NCBI RefSeq assembly: GCF_000143415.4
Contig: NW_003314316.1
Coordinates: 124,001 to 188,000, forward strand
From: Selaginella moellendorffii
Lineage: Eukaryota; Plantae; Lycopodiophyta
Direction of reading: 5' to 3'
DNA length: 64,000 bases
Position numbers and translations under genes: made by a program. Below the pieces are notes generated by a model. It saw only the letters and a program-made list of their open reading frames with translations. It did no database searches and had not been told where the DNA came from. The first letter of the stretch is position 1. Every line of letters starts with the position of its first letter. Of the stretch, positions 39,601 to 52,499 are shown in pieces.

Positions 39601-39917
39601 TGGGCACTTTTGCAACCTAGGGGACCAAGGTTATTTGAATAATCTTAGCCCCTCAGACCACTAAAGTGCCTGATGTTGAGCTAAGGTGAGCTTGATCTTT
39701 TTTCTTTTTTTCTTTGATTGTTTGAATTTTTTATTATCTTTGTTTTATTTGACCAACAAATTTTTTTTTCTTGTAGAAAAGGGAAATATTACCACTTAAA
39801 AAGGTTTTTAAAGTAAAAAAAAAGTGAGAAGTTGAATTTAGCACTAATGAAGATATTACAATTGACATATTCATTAGCATGTCAATAAAGACACAATTGC
39901 TTAAAAATCCATTACTT

Positions 39918-40098
39918 TCACCACTATCACCACCGCCATTGCCACCTCCATCACCACTATTGCCATTACCACCACAACTACCACCATTATCACAACTATT
40001 GCCACCATTGCCTCAGCCCCTATTGCCACCACCATCACCACCCCCACCACCATCCCCACTACCACTTGCACCTTTACTCCTTATTGGCCCACCACCAA
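39918..40098 (+). repeat. CCA-rich (poly-Pro/Leu) low-complexity tract
   Basis: Direct observation; lies within ORF 39879-40169. Confidence 0.8.
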
Positions 40099-40374
40099 CA
40101 CAAATCCTCAATCTAATGATGTTTATGATAAGGAACTTGAAGAATAGCCTAGAGCTAAAAGAGTTGTAAACCTTCCTGACAAAATGGTAGACAAATGCTT
40201 AGACTAGGGAAAAAATAGTTCATCAAACATTTGTGGTGCTTAAGTGGTTAGGCCTTATGACTTGATTAGAGAAATCCTCTTTTGTTGTTTGCAGTAGACG
40301 AACTTTGCGTGCACAACATCCAAATATATTAACCTAGAAATATAAAGTTTGTTCAAACATAATGGCCTCATGAT

Positions 40375-43300
40375 TGTTAGGAATCCCCCAATTCTTGCCA
40401 CATTCCTGACTCTCGCTGGATTCTTGACCTGCAGACCACATTCTTGACTCTCGAGACATTTTCCTATTCCTGACTCTCGAGACACTTCCTTATTCCTGAC
40501 TCTCTGATTTCCCATATGATTCCTGAGTCTCAAGCCACATTCCTGATGATAATGTGGTGCCTCCTCGACCTCAGCTATATTTAGGCTGTCCTCGATCCAA
40601 GAGTGGTGGAGCTTCATCAACCTATAGTATATATAGGTTAACCTTGTTCCATTTCTCCACAATCTGAATCAACGATAGTCTAAGGTTTTTTCTTCGTTTC
40701 CACTAGCTTTTCTCTTTGTCTTTTGCATTTTCTAGTCTTGATCTTGTTGGGGGTCTTGACAGTTTGATTCAAATTGTGTTTTTTACTTTAACTCGTTTTG
40801 ATTGTTTGACTGCCTTTGCCTTTTTTCCCCCTTTTTTCTTTCTTCTTTGCCGATGGAGTCTCCAAGCCATCCTGATTTCTTTGCCGAAGTCTTTGCAAAA
40901 ATCCAGTCTAAGAATACCGAGCTGAAGGTGACCCTTTTTTGCATGCAGCAAGAGCTTGCTTCACTTTTGGCTCAAGGATCCAGCAAAGTTCCTGAACCGA
41001 AGGTGAGTTTCCTGGCGAAATTTTTAGGCAAGTGTTCGAAGCTTTGTGGATTCTTGAACTAGATGGAGCTGATCTTCGCACTTCAACATCAGCGGTACCC
41101 CACTCCCGAGTCTCAAATCAGCGCGATTGGGACATTGCTCGAAGGTGTAGCTTTGTCATGGTTTTCTCCTCTCCTAGAGAAGAGCATGAAAGGGGTCGTG
41201 GTTCCGGAGCTGATGGATCTTCAATTGTTCAAAGAGAAGCTCGAAGCATGTTTTGGTGAGATAGATTGGGTTCAGGCTGCCACCAAAAAGATGAGATGTC
41301 TCTCTCAGGGGTCTTGTCCTGCCTCGATCTATGCTGTGGAGTTCCAACTCCTTGCTTTGGACACTCAGTGGGATGAGCGGGTCCTAATTGATCAATTTCG
41401 TTTCAGCCTCAATAACGGTGTCAAGGATTTGTTGCTCACCATGGAGGATCTCACGGACCTGTCGGATGCCATCAACAAAGCTGTTCGATGCGACAATCGT
41501 CTCTTTGAATGTCGTCAAGAAAGTCGCTGTGCCACCGTTTTCCCGTCCTAGACTCAAGAATCCCAGCTTGAGTCTTCAGAGCATACTCCTAAACCTACTG
41601 CTCTGGTCCCGATGGATATTTCTGGTACTCCCCGACTCATCAGAGGGAAGTTGAGTCCTACTGAGAAGCAACGTCAAATATCTCATAATCTTTGCCTCTA
41701 CTGTGTTGATCCTAACCACAAAGCAGCTGTGTGTCCCAAGAAGCCTCCCCGATTGCTTGAGTTCACCCTGCCTCAAAATCCACCTCTATTGTAGTCAGGA
41801 AACAACCCTATCCAAATAGAGTAGGAGCTGTCTATTTAGACTCCCCGAATAAAAATCACTTTTCTTCTTTACCAAGCTCCTCACCACCTTTCATCAAAGC
41901 CACCACCAATTCCCGCAACTTCCGATCTCCTTTCTTTCACCGGACAATCCAGACTCAAGGCTCTAGCGCTATTGGACTCGGGTGCAACTTCCTGCTTCAT
42001 GGACACGGACTTTGCTGCCCAACATCACGTTCCTCTTTCTCCTACCATACAGGATCTAAGGGTTGAAGGCATTGGCAGGCATTTTGTGTCTCCATCTTCT
42101 AGGTTTAGGGAAACATTGCCCGTTCAAGTACACATTGGGTCCACCATCACTGATATCACCTTCAACATCATCAACAACAAATCCTCTTCTGTGGTGCTTG
42201 GCCTTCCTTGGTTCCAACTATATCAGCCTCAGATCTATTAGAAGGAATTATAGCTCGTCTCTCCCACATCACCATCTCCCATGGCTTCCCTTGCTGTTCA
42301 TCCAGTCCGAATCAGGAAAAGTTCCCTAAACTCAAATCGGGGTTCTATTCCTGACTCTATGAAGTTTTCACCTTTTTCTTTTTCCTCTCTTCTATTTTAC
42401 ACTGGACAGTATCTTTGTCTCATCATTCCATTTAGTTGTACACCTCCTCCTATCTCCACAATCACTATGAAAGAACTCCTTCACGAAGAACTTATTTTCT
42501 TTTTTGCTTTGCATGTTTCTCCTGTCAGTCCTTCTGAGAAGTATCATGATTTTGGGGATGTGTTTGACAAGAAAAAAGCTAGTGTACTGCCTGTTCATTG
42601 GCCTTATAACTGTCCCATTGATTTACAGGAAGGAGCATCGCCTCTATGGGGGCCTATCTACGGGTTATCCCCATCCAAGTTTAAGGCCCTCAAAGAGTAT
42701 GTGGATGAGAACTTTGCCTCAGGGTACATTTAGCATTTGCAGTCCCCGGCTAGAGCACCTGTCTTCTTTGTCAAGAAGAAGGATGGGAGTTTGCAGTTAG
42801 TCATCGACTACCGAGGTTTGAACAAGGTGACTGTTCGGAACTGTTATCCGCTGCCTCTGATCTCGGACCTGTTGGAACGCCTCGGCAGTGCCCGCTTCTT
42901 CACCAAGATCAACCTCCGTGGAGCATACAACCTAATCTAGATTCGGCCTGGTGATGAATGGAAGACTGCATTCCGAACCCACTATGGCCACTTCGAGTAC
43001 ACTATCATGCCATTTGGCTTGACAAATGCTCTAGTAGTTTTCCAACACATGGCGAACGACATCTTTCGGGAGTTTCTTGATCAGATGGTGATCGTCTACC
43101 TCGATGACATCCTCATCTATTCAAAAACTCAGGAGGAGCATGACGAGCATGTGCGCAAGGTGCTGGCGAAGCTACGGGAACATGGCCTATACGCAAAGCT
43201 TGAGAAATGTTCCTTCGATCAAGAGTCTGTGGAGTTCCTTGGGTACATTGTCACTCCTGAGGGTATCACAATGGAACTTGCCAAAGTCAAGATTATTTTC

Positions 43301-45962
43301 GAATGGAAGCCTCCACAATCAATGTCAGATGTTTAGGTTTTCCTTGGCTTTGCCAACTTCTACCGCAAATTCATTGCTCACTACTCTAACATTGTCCTTC
43401 CTCTCATGCATCTCACTCACAAAGATGTTCCCTTCTCTTGGTCTATTGCTGCCCAGCAAGCCTTCGACACACTCAAGGCGGCCTTCAGTTCTGCTCCCAT
43501 CTTGATCCACGCTGATCCCTCACAACTTTTCTTCATCGAGGCTGACGCCTCCGACTTTGCCATTAGTGCTGTGCTGTCTTAACTCGGAGCAGATCACGAA
43601 TTTCATCCGGTCGCCTTCCATTCTTGGAAATTCCAGCTTGCGGAGATTAATTACGAAATCCACGACAAGGAACTCCTTGCCATCATAGATTCCTTTGGAG
43701 AGTGGCATCATTTCTTGGAGGGGGTGGGCCATCAAACAATGGTCTAGACGGATCACAAAAATCTTGAGTACTTTGCCACTTCCCGAGTTTTGAGCTGTCG
43801 TCAAGCAAGGTGGGCACAATTCTTGAGTTGGTTTGACTTTGTTATCAAGTACAGACCTGGAAAGCTTCAAAGCCTTCCTGATGCTCTTTCAAGGTGCTCC
43901 TATCTCAGTCTCAGGCTTGGTAATTCTACTTTCGATCAACAGAATCAAGTTATCCTCGGTCTTGATTGGCTTCAAGTAATGGCAATTTCCCTGGCCCCTC
44001 AGGACTCCTCCTTGATGGATGCAATCAGAAACAATCTTCAATCCGATGAACTCACCAACGATATTTTCCCCCATCTTCAAGCTAAACACCCAGTGACTCC
44101 CGACTGCTGGCAATTTGACGAGTTCAAGTTCTTACATGGCTTGTTGTACTGTGGGGAGCAACTTTACATTCCTGAAGGTGATGCTCAAAGGTTGGTCTTG
44201 ATGGCGTGCCACAATAGCCCGACTATTAGTCACTTTGGCATTGCAAAAACTTATGAGCTGGTTACACGGGACTTTTGGTGGCCTCACATGGATGACTACA
44301 TCAAAGCTTTTGTTACCTCCTGTGACATTTGCGCCCGGAATAAGGTACCTCGCCACCTTTATTTAGGTTTGCTTTGTTCCCTCCCGATCCCTTCAGGTCC
44401 TTGGGAATCCATCTCCATGGATTTCTTGAGTGATCTTCCGAGTTCTGGAGGTTTCAACAGCATTTTAGTCATGGTGGATCACTTCACAAAGATGGCGCAC
44501 TTCCTGCCATGTATCAAGGAGTTTTCAGACGAGGACATGGCAAAACTGGTATTCAGGGAAATTTTCCGACTTCATAGGATTCCTGCAGATGTGGTTTCGG
44601 ATCGGGGACCTCAGTTCATCTCTCATTTCTAGCAACGGTTTTTGCAGCTGCTTGGAGTGAAGGCCAACCTCTCTTCGGCATATCATCCTCAAACTGATGG
44701 ACAGTCCAAGCGAATGATTTAGACGTTGGAACAATTCCTGAAGTGCTTTATCAACTATCATCAGAATGATTGGTTCGATATCCTTCCCCTTGTTAAGTTC
44801 TCCTATAACAACTCTGTTCACTCCTCTTTTCGAGTTTCCCCCTTCTTTGCGAACTCTGGCCGAAACCCCCGATTTAATCTCTCACTTCCTTCTCCATCTG
44901 AATCCTCTCGTTCAAATCCGCGCTTTAAGGCATTTGTCTCCAACTTCCAGGAAATCCACAACTCCATCTCCTTCCACCTCCATCATGCTCAGGAATCTCA
45001 CAAAACATTTGCCAATGTCCATTGTCAAGATTGTCCCCTTTACAATATCGGGGATAAAGTCTGGCTCCTCAGGCGAAATATCTCCACCACCAGACCATGT
45101 CCCAAACTCAATTTCAAATGCCTCGGTCCTTTCCCTATCACTACCATCATTAATCCTATCATTTATCACCTTGCACTTCCCTTATATCAAATTCACCTTG
45201 TTTTTCACTCTTCTCTCCTTGAGCCTTATATTCCCAATCCTATTCCAAATCGGGTCATTCCTCCACCTCCACCTCCACCAATGCAGCTCAGGATGGGTCT
45301 GAGTACAAGGTTTAGGACATCCTTGATTCCAAGATCTCATGGTCTAAAGTCTACTATCTGGTCAACTAGAAGGGTTATGGACTTGAAGAACACACTTGGG
45401 AACCTTCGGACAACTTGATTCATTCTTCTGACCTTGTTCAGGATTTCCACTGCCGCTATCCTTCTCATCCCAGTCCTCATTCTTTTTCTCCATCTCCCAT
45501 TCCTCACCACCCATCTCATCTTCCTCTTCGTTCTCATTCACGTCCTTATTCCATTCGTTCTTGAGGAGGGGGTGTTGTCAGGAATCCCCCAATTCTTGCC
45601 ACATTCCTGACTCTTGCTGGATTCCTGACCTGCAGACCACATTCCTAACTCTTGAGACACTTTCCTATTTTTGACTCTTGAGACACTTCCCTATTCCTGA
45701 CTCTCTGATTTCCCATACGATTTCTGAGTCTCGAGCCACATTCCTAATGATGATGTGGTGCCTCCTCGACCTCAGCTATATTTAGGCCGTCATCGATCCA
45801 AGAATGGTGGAGCTTTATCAACCTATAGTATATATAGATTAGCCTTGTTCCAATTCTCCACAATCTGCATCAACGCCAGTCTCAAGCTTTTTCTTTGTTT
45901 CCACTAGCTTTTCTCTTTGTCTTTTGCATTTTTCAATCTTGATCTTGTTGGGGGTCTTGACA
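40375..45962 (+). mobile_element. Full-length Ty3/Gypsy chromovirus (Tcn1/Tf1-sushi type) with stops in gag-pol
   Basis: 387-bp LTRs at 40375-40761 and 45576-45962 (TGT..ACA); TSD ATGAT/ACGAT; PPT GAGGAGGGGG. Domains: gag with CLYC..H..C, LDSGAT protease, RT (WKTAFRT, YLDD), RNase H ([12 protein letters not shown]), integrase (H..H..C..C, SMDF, SDRG) and chromodomain EYKV*DILDS..YLVN*KGYG..TWEP at 45301-45450. Confidence 0.95.
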
Positions 45963-48877
45963 ACGATGAATATCAATATGTTTCTAGTCTCTTTTTGCAA
46001 GCTAGGAACAACAGAGATCATTACCATCACACATGAGATTGTGAATAGTTAGGATTTTATTTGGAAGAGGAAGTTCTTTGAATTCGATAACATGCTTATC
46101 AAATATCCTAAGACTTGACAGCTTGTAGGGTCAATGTTCCAAATTGTTGATGGTAACCATTGATATGAGGCTTGGATGAAGTGTATTGATGATTATTTTT
46201 GTGATGATCCTATCTACCATATCAATGTTTTAGTCGGCCAAACCTTTGGATGTCAACAAATTTATCTTAGCCTACCAAAAAATCAATGTGTTTTGTAATT
46301 TCACCTCCAACTCCACTTTAACCTGTTTTGTCATATTTAAATAAAGGCTTAGGCAGTTTGCTATTCAAAAGTAGAACTTTATCCATGATATCAAGCAATT
46401 ATAGTTTTTGGTAAACTTGAGTTAGAATAATATCTGCTAATATTATGGTAATGATTTCGCAACACTTGTTTGACACTTGTGCACTTGGAATGATGGTACA
46501 ACATAGTTCAACAACCCAATTAGTTTTATACTTGTTGTATAGTGTAAGGTATATTTTTCCCTTTCACTTTATAAAGGCCTTTTTTTTTGTTTTGGTTTCT
46601 AGCCTTTGGTGAAAGTCAAGCAAGATGCTTATAAATGCATATCTGGAGAAGAGTTGAAAAGAGCTCTTGGCTGAGCTCGTACAAATTGAGCATAAAATTT
46701 AATATGCAAAGTCTTCAAAGTTGAAGAAACTAGTATGCATTATAAACAATTGCAAGTTGAAGGAGTGGCTAGATACTATAGCCAAAATTTCTGCTCATGA
46801 ATGTAAATTTCTTATTGCATATTTCATTTTTCTTAATTACACATCTATTTCTTTTACAATGAATAAAAAACTCCAAATGATATGATTTATAATATTGTAA
46901 AATTGAGGCTTCCATACAAAAGTATTTGAGAACATGATGAAAAGGGTTGTTTACATTACACAAACTATAGATAAATGTGATAAGTTCTTAGCACCATACA
47001 TTGGTGACAATCTAAATGGTATATTCATGTTCTTTGACACTTATGTTAACACTTCATTAAAAGAGATTGAAGAGGGGTGGCTACCAGAGAAGTTTACAAA
47101 CATGATAACTTATGATTGCCAACATAGTTAGCTTTATTTAATGCGACATAAAACTTATAAGTATAACATGATTTCTAAGGTCTTTCCTAAATATATATTA
47201 TTTACAAGTATTTGCAATATAGAGGTATGCCATTTAATGCACCAATTTACACTCAATTTATTGCAAAGGGTGTAAGAGATGGAAGAATATACCCAACAAT
47301 ATTTGCAAATTTTATAAACGCATAAAAGATAGAATGCCCTTAGGAGTTGGAGCTCCTAGGAAAAAAAACCGCTACACTAGACTAAGAGGAAGTTATCAAT
47401 GCTAGCAAGTGATGATGGAAAGGAGGATAAGGAAGTGCTAGATCACATTCACATTCCACCACCAAATGGCTAAAATTAAGCTCTAATTCCACTATCAAAT
47501 ATCTAGAATCTAGATTAGGTTCCACTAGCAAATGATGATGATCAGATGGTTCATAGAATATATTGTGGATCTCAAGGTAAGCAAAAATAACTTTTAAAAA
47601 CCAAAGGTGGTAACACATGTTTTTTTGCAACAATGACTGTTAATAATAATTTCATTTCAGCTTGATAAGATATTCGTGATGAGGAGTTGGAGGAACACTC
47701 ATAAACAACACGCTATATGATAGTAGCATATTATTCATTACTTTTTTCATTCACTCAGCTTTTCTATATGTCTATCTTGTTTCCCCAATAACACACCAAG
47801 GCATTGTGGGTGCCTTCATTGGCTCCTATGATAGATTGCTGATATGTTTTATGAAAGACAATATGAACATAGGCATATAGCACTAGTTTAACCATTGGTG
47901 CTAAAAGATACAAAGGCCTTTGCTCCCAATTGTGGACTTCATTCTCTTCGACTTTCCAAATGATCGTTTAGATATTAATGGGAAAGTCAAAGACCCAAAC
48001 TTTCTCATATGTAATCACATGCATGATGCATTCCTCTTGTGGGAAGCACTTATGCTTGAAGTTGGCCATATCATCTTCATCCTACTGAATGACCTCAATT
48101 GGATATATGAGCTTATGATGTATGCAGGAGAAGTTTGTTTCAAGTCATTCTCTTTTAGGTGCATCATGGATCCTATTGGTGTTGATACTAAGGGTGTCTA
48201 AAAGAAGCTTGAAAAAGTGAGTATATATTTCATATTTTTATCTAATTTCTAAACTTTCTTATTTTCCAAGTTATGATATAGACCTATCATGCCTTTTATA
48301 GAAAATATATAATAGCTTTTGTAATAGCAAGTGTGCAATAGGCATTTTGCCTAGATATGATAGTTCCACTAACATCATACCCAACCTTATGGATGAGCAG
48401 ATCCATAACATGTTTCCAAAGTACCAAATTCAAACTCCATTGGCAATACAAATCTTGCTTAAGCTCTATTGCCCACTAAATGGTGTTGTGATTAATTGCA
48501 CAGTAGATAGGGGTTCTACGGTAAAGGCAACACGTGACTTTAGTAGGTCAGTGTTTGCTATTGAAAAACATCATTTTTTCAAACACTAGCTCAGAGGATT
48601 TTGTAAGTTGCCCCTAATCTCAAGGAGGTAAATTATGTTTACTAAAATTTAAATACATGTTTAGTTTTGTTTTATAGATCACAGTCACTTGGAGTTTCTA
48701 GAATTGAAGGCTTTGGAAGTCTCCCTAACTATGTAAAAGCCATGGCTCAATAAATACAAAGTGAATCTTCTTTATAATACCAAAATAGGAGGAGACGTAA
48801 AAGGAATCAATATATTAATGATGAGGTAGACAAAAGTTAATTGCATCCTTACATAAAATGAAAAACCTGTTATATAT

Positions 48878-48955
48878 TAGATGTCTGTGATAGTGTCAGA
48901 TGTTAGTGACAGTGTCAAATGTCAATGACAGGATCAGATGTTAGTAACAGTATTA
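48878..48955 (+). repeat. About 4 diverged copies of a 19-bp unit (ATGTCAGTGACAGTGTCAG)
   Basis: Direct observation. Confidence 0.7.
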
Positions 48956-49527
48956 GTGTTACATATCATAATTGCAAATTGTCATTCTTGCCTTCCACCA
49001 TCACTCTATAGTGTTTGTGTGTTGTCATCTCATCCTTCCTCATCTTTCAACATCTTATATGTACACTCTCTTACTAGCCTTCAGATCAACACAATAGTCA
49101 TCATAGTTTAATAAAAACTAATGAACACATTGAGAGTTTGATTCTAAGATGCCCAATATGCCTTTTAGTCTCGAGTCAAAACATCATTTCTATGGGCTTG
49201 AATAGTTTTCTTGAGCACTGCCATAATAAGCACACAAATGGTGTTATCACTTCATATATAATTTTTTTCTTCTTTTGAGTCATTCTTAAATTGAACACTA
49301 TACTTTTATTACTTTATTTATTGTGAATGTGACTTTGGGTATCAAAAGTTATTTATCGGTTAGTCCTTTCAGATATTCGTTCCTTACTACCACGACGGCA
49401 GGAGGTCGGTATTGCTAGACCCTTTATTAGTCTCTGCCTAAGCTAATTGAGAAACTGATCATCATATATCCATTTTTTTATTCTAGGAAAATGCTACTTT
49501 TTATTATATATGAACTACTCAAACATC

Positions 49528-51450
49528 CTACAAATCATCATTATCTTCAACTTCACAATCTTTGACATCATCTCCATCTTCCTCTTCTTCTCGTGACTTA
49601 AGCTTGTCTTCTGAATGAAGAATTGTCTCTAGTACTTTGTAGCTCACAAACTTATCATAGTCATGGTAGTTTCTGTATGTTAACAACTTGCTATTGCAAG
49701 CCACAAAAACTAGATCTATTGTCCTATCCATAGTAAGTCTATTCTTCTTTGAAGACATATGCTCGAAAGTGCTAAACAATCTCTCCACTGAGGATGACAA
49801 GCATGCCTGACTTAGAACTTGAATAGCCAACTTCTAAAGAGTTGGAATTTCATAACAATAGTCCTCCCACCAATGTACAACTCCCTTTTTAGTGCAATCA
49901 ACCTTAACATCAATCGAGTTAAAAATGCCTCCTATCCTCTTGTAAATTAAAAGTTCATCCTATATCACATCCCTCTCACTAGATGTAAATATGGGTAACA
50001 AATAAGCATTCCAATCCTTCATGACTTCTTTGTTGGCATGCTTTTCATGCTCTTGAAACTATGCCACTGAGTGCATGAGTGAGTGATACTCATGCCACTA
50101 GTAAGATATGATTGAATGAATTCCATGTACCTACCCTAATTCTACTGTCCTTCCTCTAAACTTGCATCCAACCTATTCATACACTCATATATTTTTCCAA
50201 TTGTAGGTACATCACTGTCCACAAGATGAAGTAGCAGCATAACATCCTTGGACATCTCTAACATGTCCTTCACCTGTTCCCAAAAATGGTCATCAAAAAC
50301 AGTTTCATAATTGTCTCTGTTTGCTCTCATCTTCGACTCAAGCCTTGCTCTATAAGGCATATGAACATCTATTGTAGAGCTTCCCGGAGCTCCACCAGCC
50401 TCTCCATTATAATGAACTTGTGGCCAAACCTCATATCACAATAGCGCAACACTTGCTTGTGAGTAAAATCTGCTACCAGTGCCACCATATAAGAGTGGTT
50501 TTTAATGGAGCTCACTAAAGCCTTTCCTCGCTCCAAAAGCCTTACCATCTATGGAAGTTCACTGAAGTCTTTCAAAGCATTGTTCAAGTAATAGGCAAAA
50601 CATGCTGCCCATTGAATCTTCGGGTACCTCTCTGTTTCAGAATTGCTACTGTTACTCTATTTGCATTTTTCCCATTTGTTACAACCATAACAATGTTCTC
50701 TGCACCAACAATGCTAATGCCTTCTTCTTAGCAACGCAAAGTATTCTCAATTGTTTTTCCTATTGAGGAAATATCAATAGCCTTCAAAAAAGCTACCCGT
50801 CCTTGACTATATGCCACAAGCCCCTTGATATGTTGATTCCTCCTATCTGCCCACCCATTTGCACATATGGTTACACCCCTCTACTCCCACTGCTTCTTCA
50901 TGGACACCATCTCAATGTCAATAAATCCTTTCTCTTTCAACAAATCCTTCTCCCGAATCATCATATTTTGGTGGTGCATAAGGCACACCATGCCTAGCAA
51001 CTTCCTGGATCATATTGAGGAAGTAAGGGGATTGAGCCTTCACAAATGGAATGTGTTTATTCTAGAAAAACCTTCCAATCACCGTATCAACTCAACTTTT
51101 CCGCTTTGGATCCAATATGGACTTGGCTCTACTTGCTAAACAACGAGGAAAGGCAACCACTTCACTTGCTTGGGATGATACCATTGGCACTAAAAGTTCT
51201 ATATTCAGCCATGTCTTCCCCTTTATACCTTTCCTAGAATTAATAACCTTTTGCATGTTAACCAGCTCTGCCTTCTTGTTACCTGGGATAAGGGGGCAAC
51301 TCACAATATCCTTGCTGCTTGGCCTTCTCCCAACAAATGAGCTTGGACACAATCAATACCATTGAACTTATTCACTATTGTGCAATACTTGCATGACATA
51401 GTTTGTGGCCATGCCCCCTACTCTCAAGCACACTTACCTCATCCCACCAT
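49528..51450 (-). mobile_element. Decayed hAT-superfamily transposase (BED finger, DUF659-type core, dimerisation domain)
   Basis: CKYC..AHLLG BED finger at about 51330-51410; DDHFWEQV..LLLHLVDSDVPTIGKIYECM; AIQVLSQACLSSSVERLFSTFEHMSSKKNRL. Many stops; TIRs not identified. Confidence 0.85.
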
Positions 51451-51749
51451 TGTGAAGAAGGATGCTTTTGCCCCTGTAGTATGCTGGATTGCTACCCCAT
51501 GCTTGGCAACAGCAGGGCAGATGAAGCGCCTCTCAATCCATGGCAAATGGAGCAGCAGAGGTGGCTGTGGCACTGCTAGAATTGACAGTGGCAGCGGCAG
51601 CTACAACGTTGCTAGAATCAACACTAGCAGTGGTGGCAAGCAAGATCGAGAGCTTGGAGGAGGTGGAGGTGCACCCTAGATTGTTGCATGTGCCCTAAGA
51701 TTTTGGTGTTACGAACATGGTCCGTGATCTTGGCCGTGTTCATAACTAT

Positions 51750-52480
51750 GGATAAAGTGGAATATTAAGCATGTCTTGCTAAAGTATAGTGGAGTTAAAG
51801 ATTTGTGGTTTAGAGAGGGAGTTTAACCTCTAGTTGTTATACTCTCTACTACATCCTTGAAGCAGGCTTATTATAATGAGACAACATTTTCAAATTAATT
51901 TTTGTTTGTTCGTGATTTGGGGGACCAAGGCATATATAGGGGAGTAGCAGTAATATAGGATGTACTTAATGAGTTTTTTGATGTTTTTCCATCTAAACTT
52001 CTTCATGGGTTGTCTCCATTATGAAGTGTGGAGCATGGGATTACGTTAGAGTTGGGGATGCAGCCAACTTACTAGTATCCATTTTGGTTGAGTTATGCAG
52101 AAGAGCAAGAAATTCAACGATAAGTTAAGGAGTCACTTGTGTTTGGATTTATTCAGCCAAATAAGTCTCCATTTGGTGCTTTGGTCTTGCTTGTGAAGAA
52201 GAAAAATGGTTTAATGTGGATGTGTATTAACTACCATACATTAAACAAAAAGACAATGAAGGATAAAATGCTAATGCCACATGTGAATGATATTTTAGAC
52301 AAACTTGGTGAAGCATAAGTGTTTACCAAGATTGATCTGAGGAGTGGATATCATCAGATTGCAATGGATAATGCATTTATCTTTAATACGGTATTCAACA
52401 GAAGCTTAAGATATTTTGAGTTTACAATTATGCTGTTTGTTTGACGAATACACCAGCACATTTACTTAGTTGATGCCTAT
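51750..52480 (+). mobile_element. Gypsy RT fragment
   Basis: SPFGALVLLVKKKNG..CINYHTLNK..VFTKIDLRSGYHQI at about 52165-52360. Confidence 0.8.
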
Positions 52481-52499
52481 ATATTTCAAAATCTTTTGG

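Larger units (their letters stand above)
39777..48740 (+). pseudogene. Decayed multi-exon gene for a ParB/Srx-like domain + beta-class (N4C/N6A) DNA methyltransferase, interrupted by the chromovirus at 40375-45962
   Basis: MFQIVDGNH*YEAW at 46134-46175 (DGNHR motif with CGA->TGA). VDFILFDFPN at 47932-47961 (motif IV position, DPPY-like), followed by LMLEVGHIIFI. LLKLYCPLNGVVINCTVDRGSTVKATRDFSRSVFAIEK at about 48455-48571 (motif X/I/II pattern). Short GT..AG introns separate the blocks. Both ends are approximate. Confidence 0.65.

Noticed and set aside
51708-51746. Hairpin GTTACGAACATGG...CCGTGTTCATAAC near the hAT 5' end
   Set aside because: No matching terminal repeat or 8-bp TSD was found at the other end, so it cannot be called a TIR.
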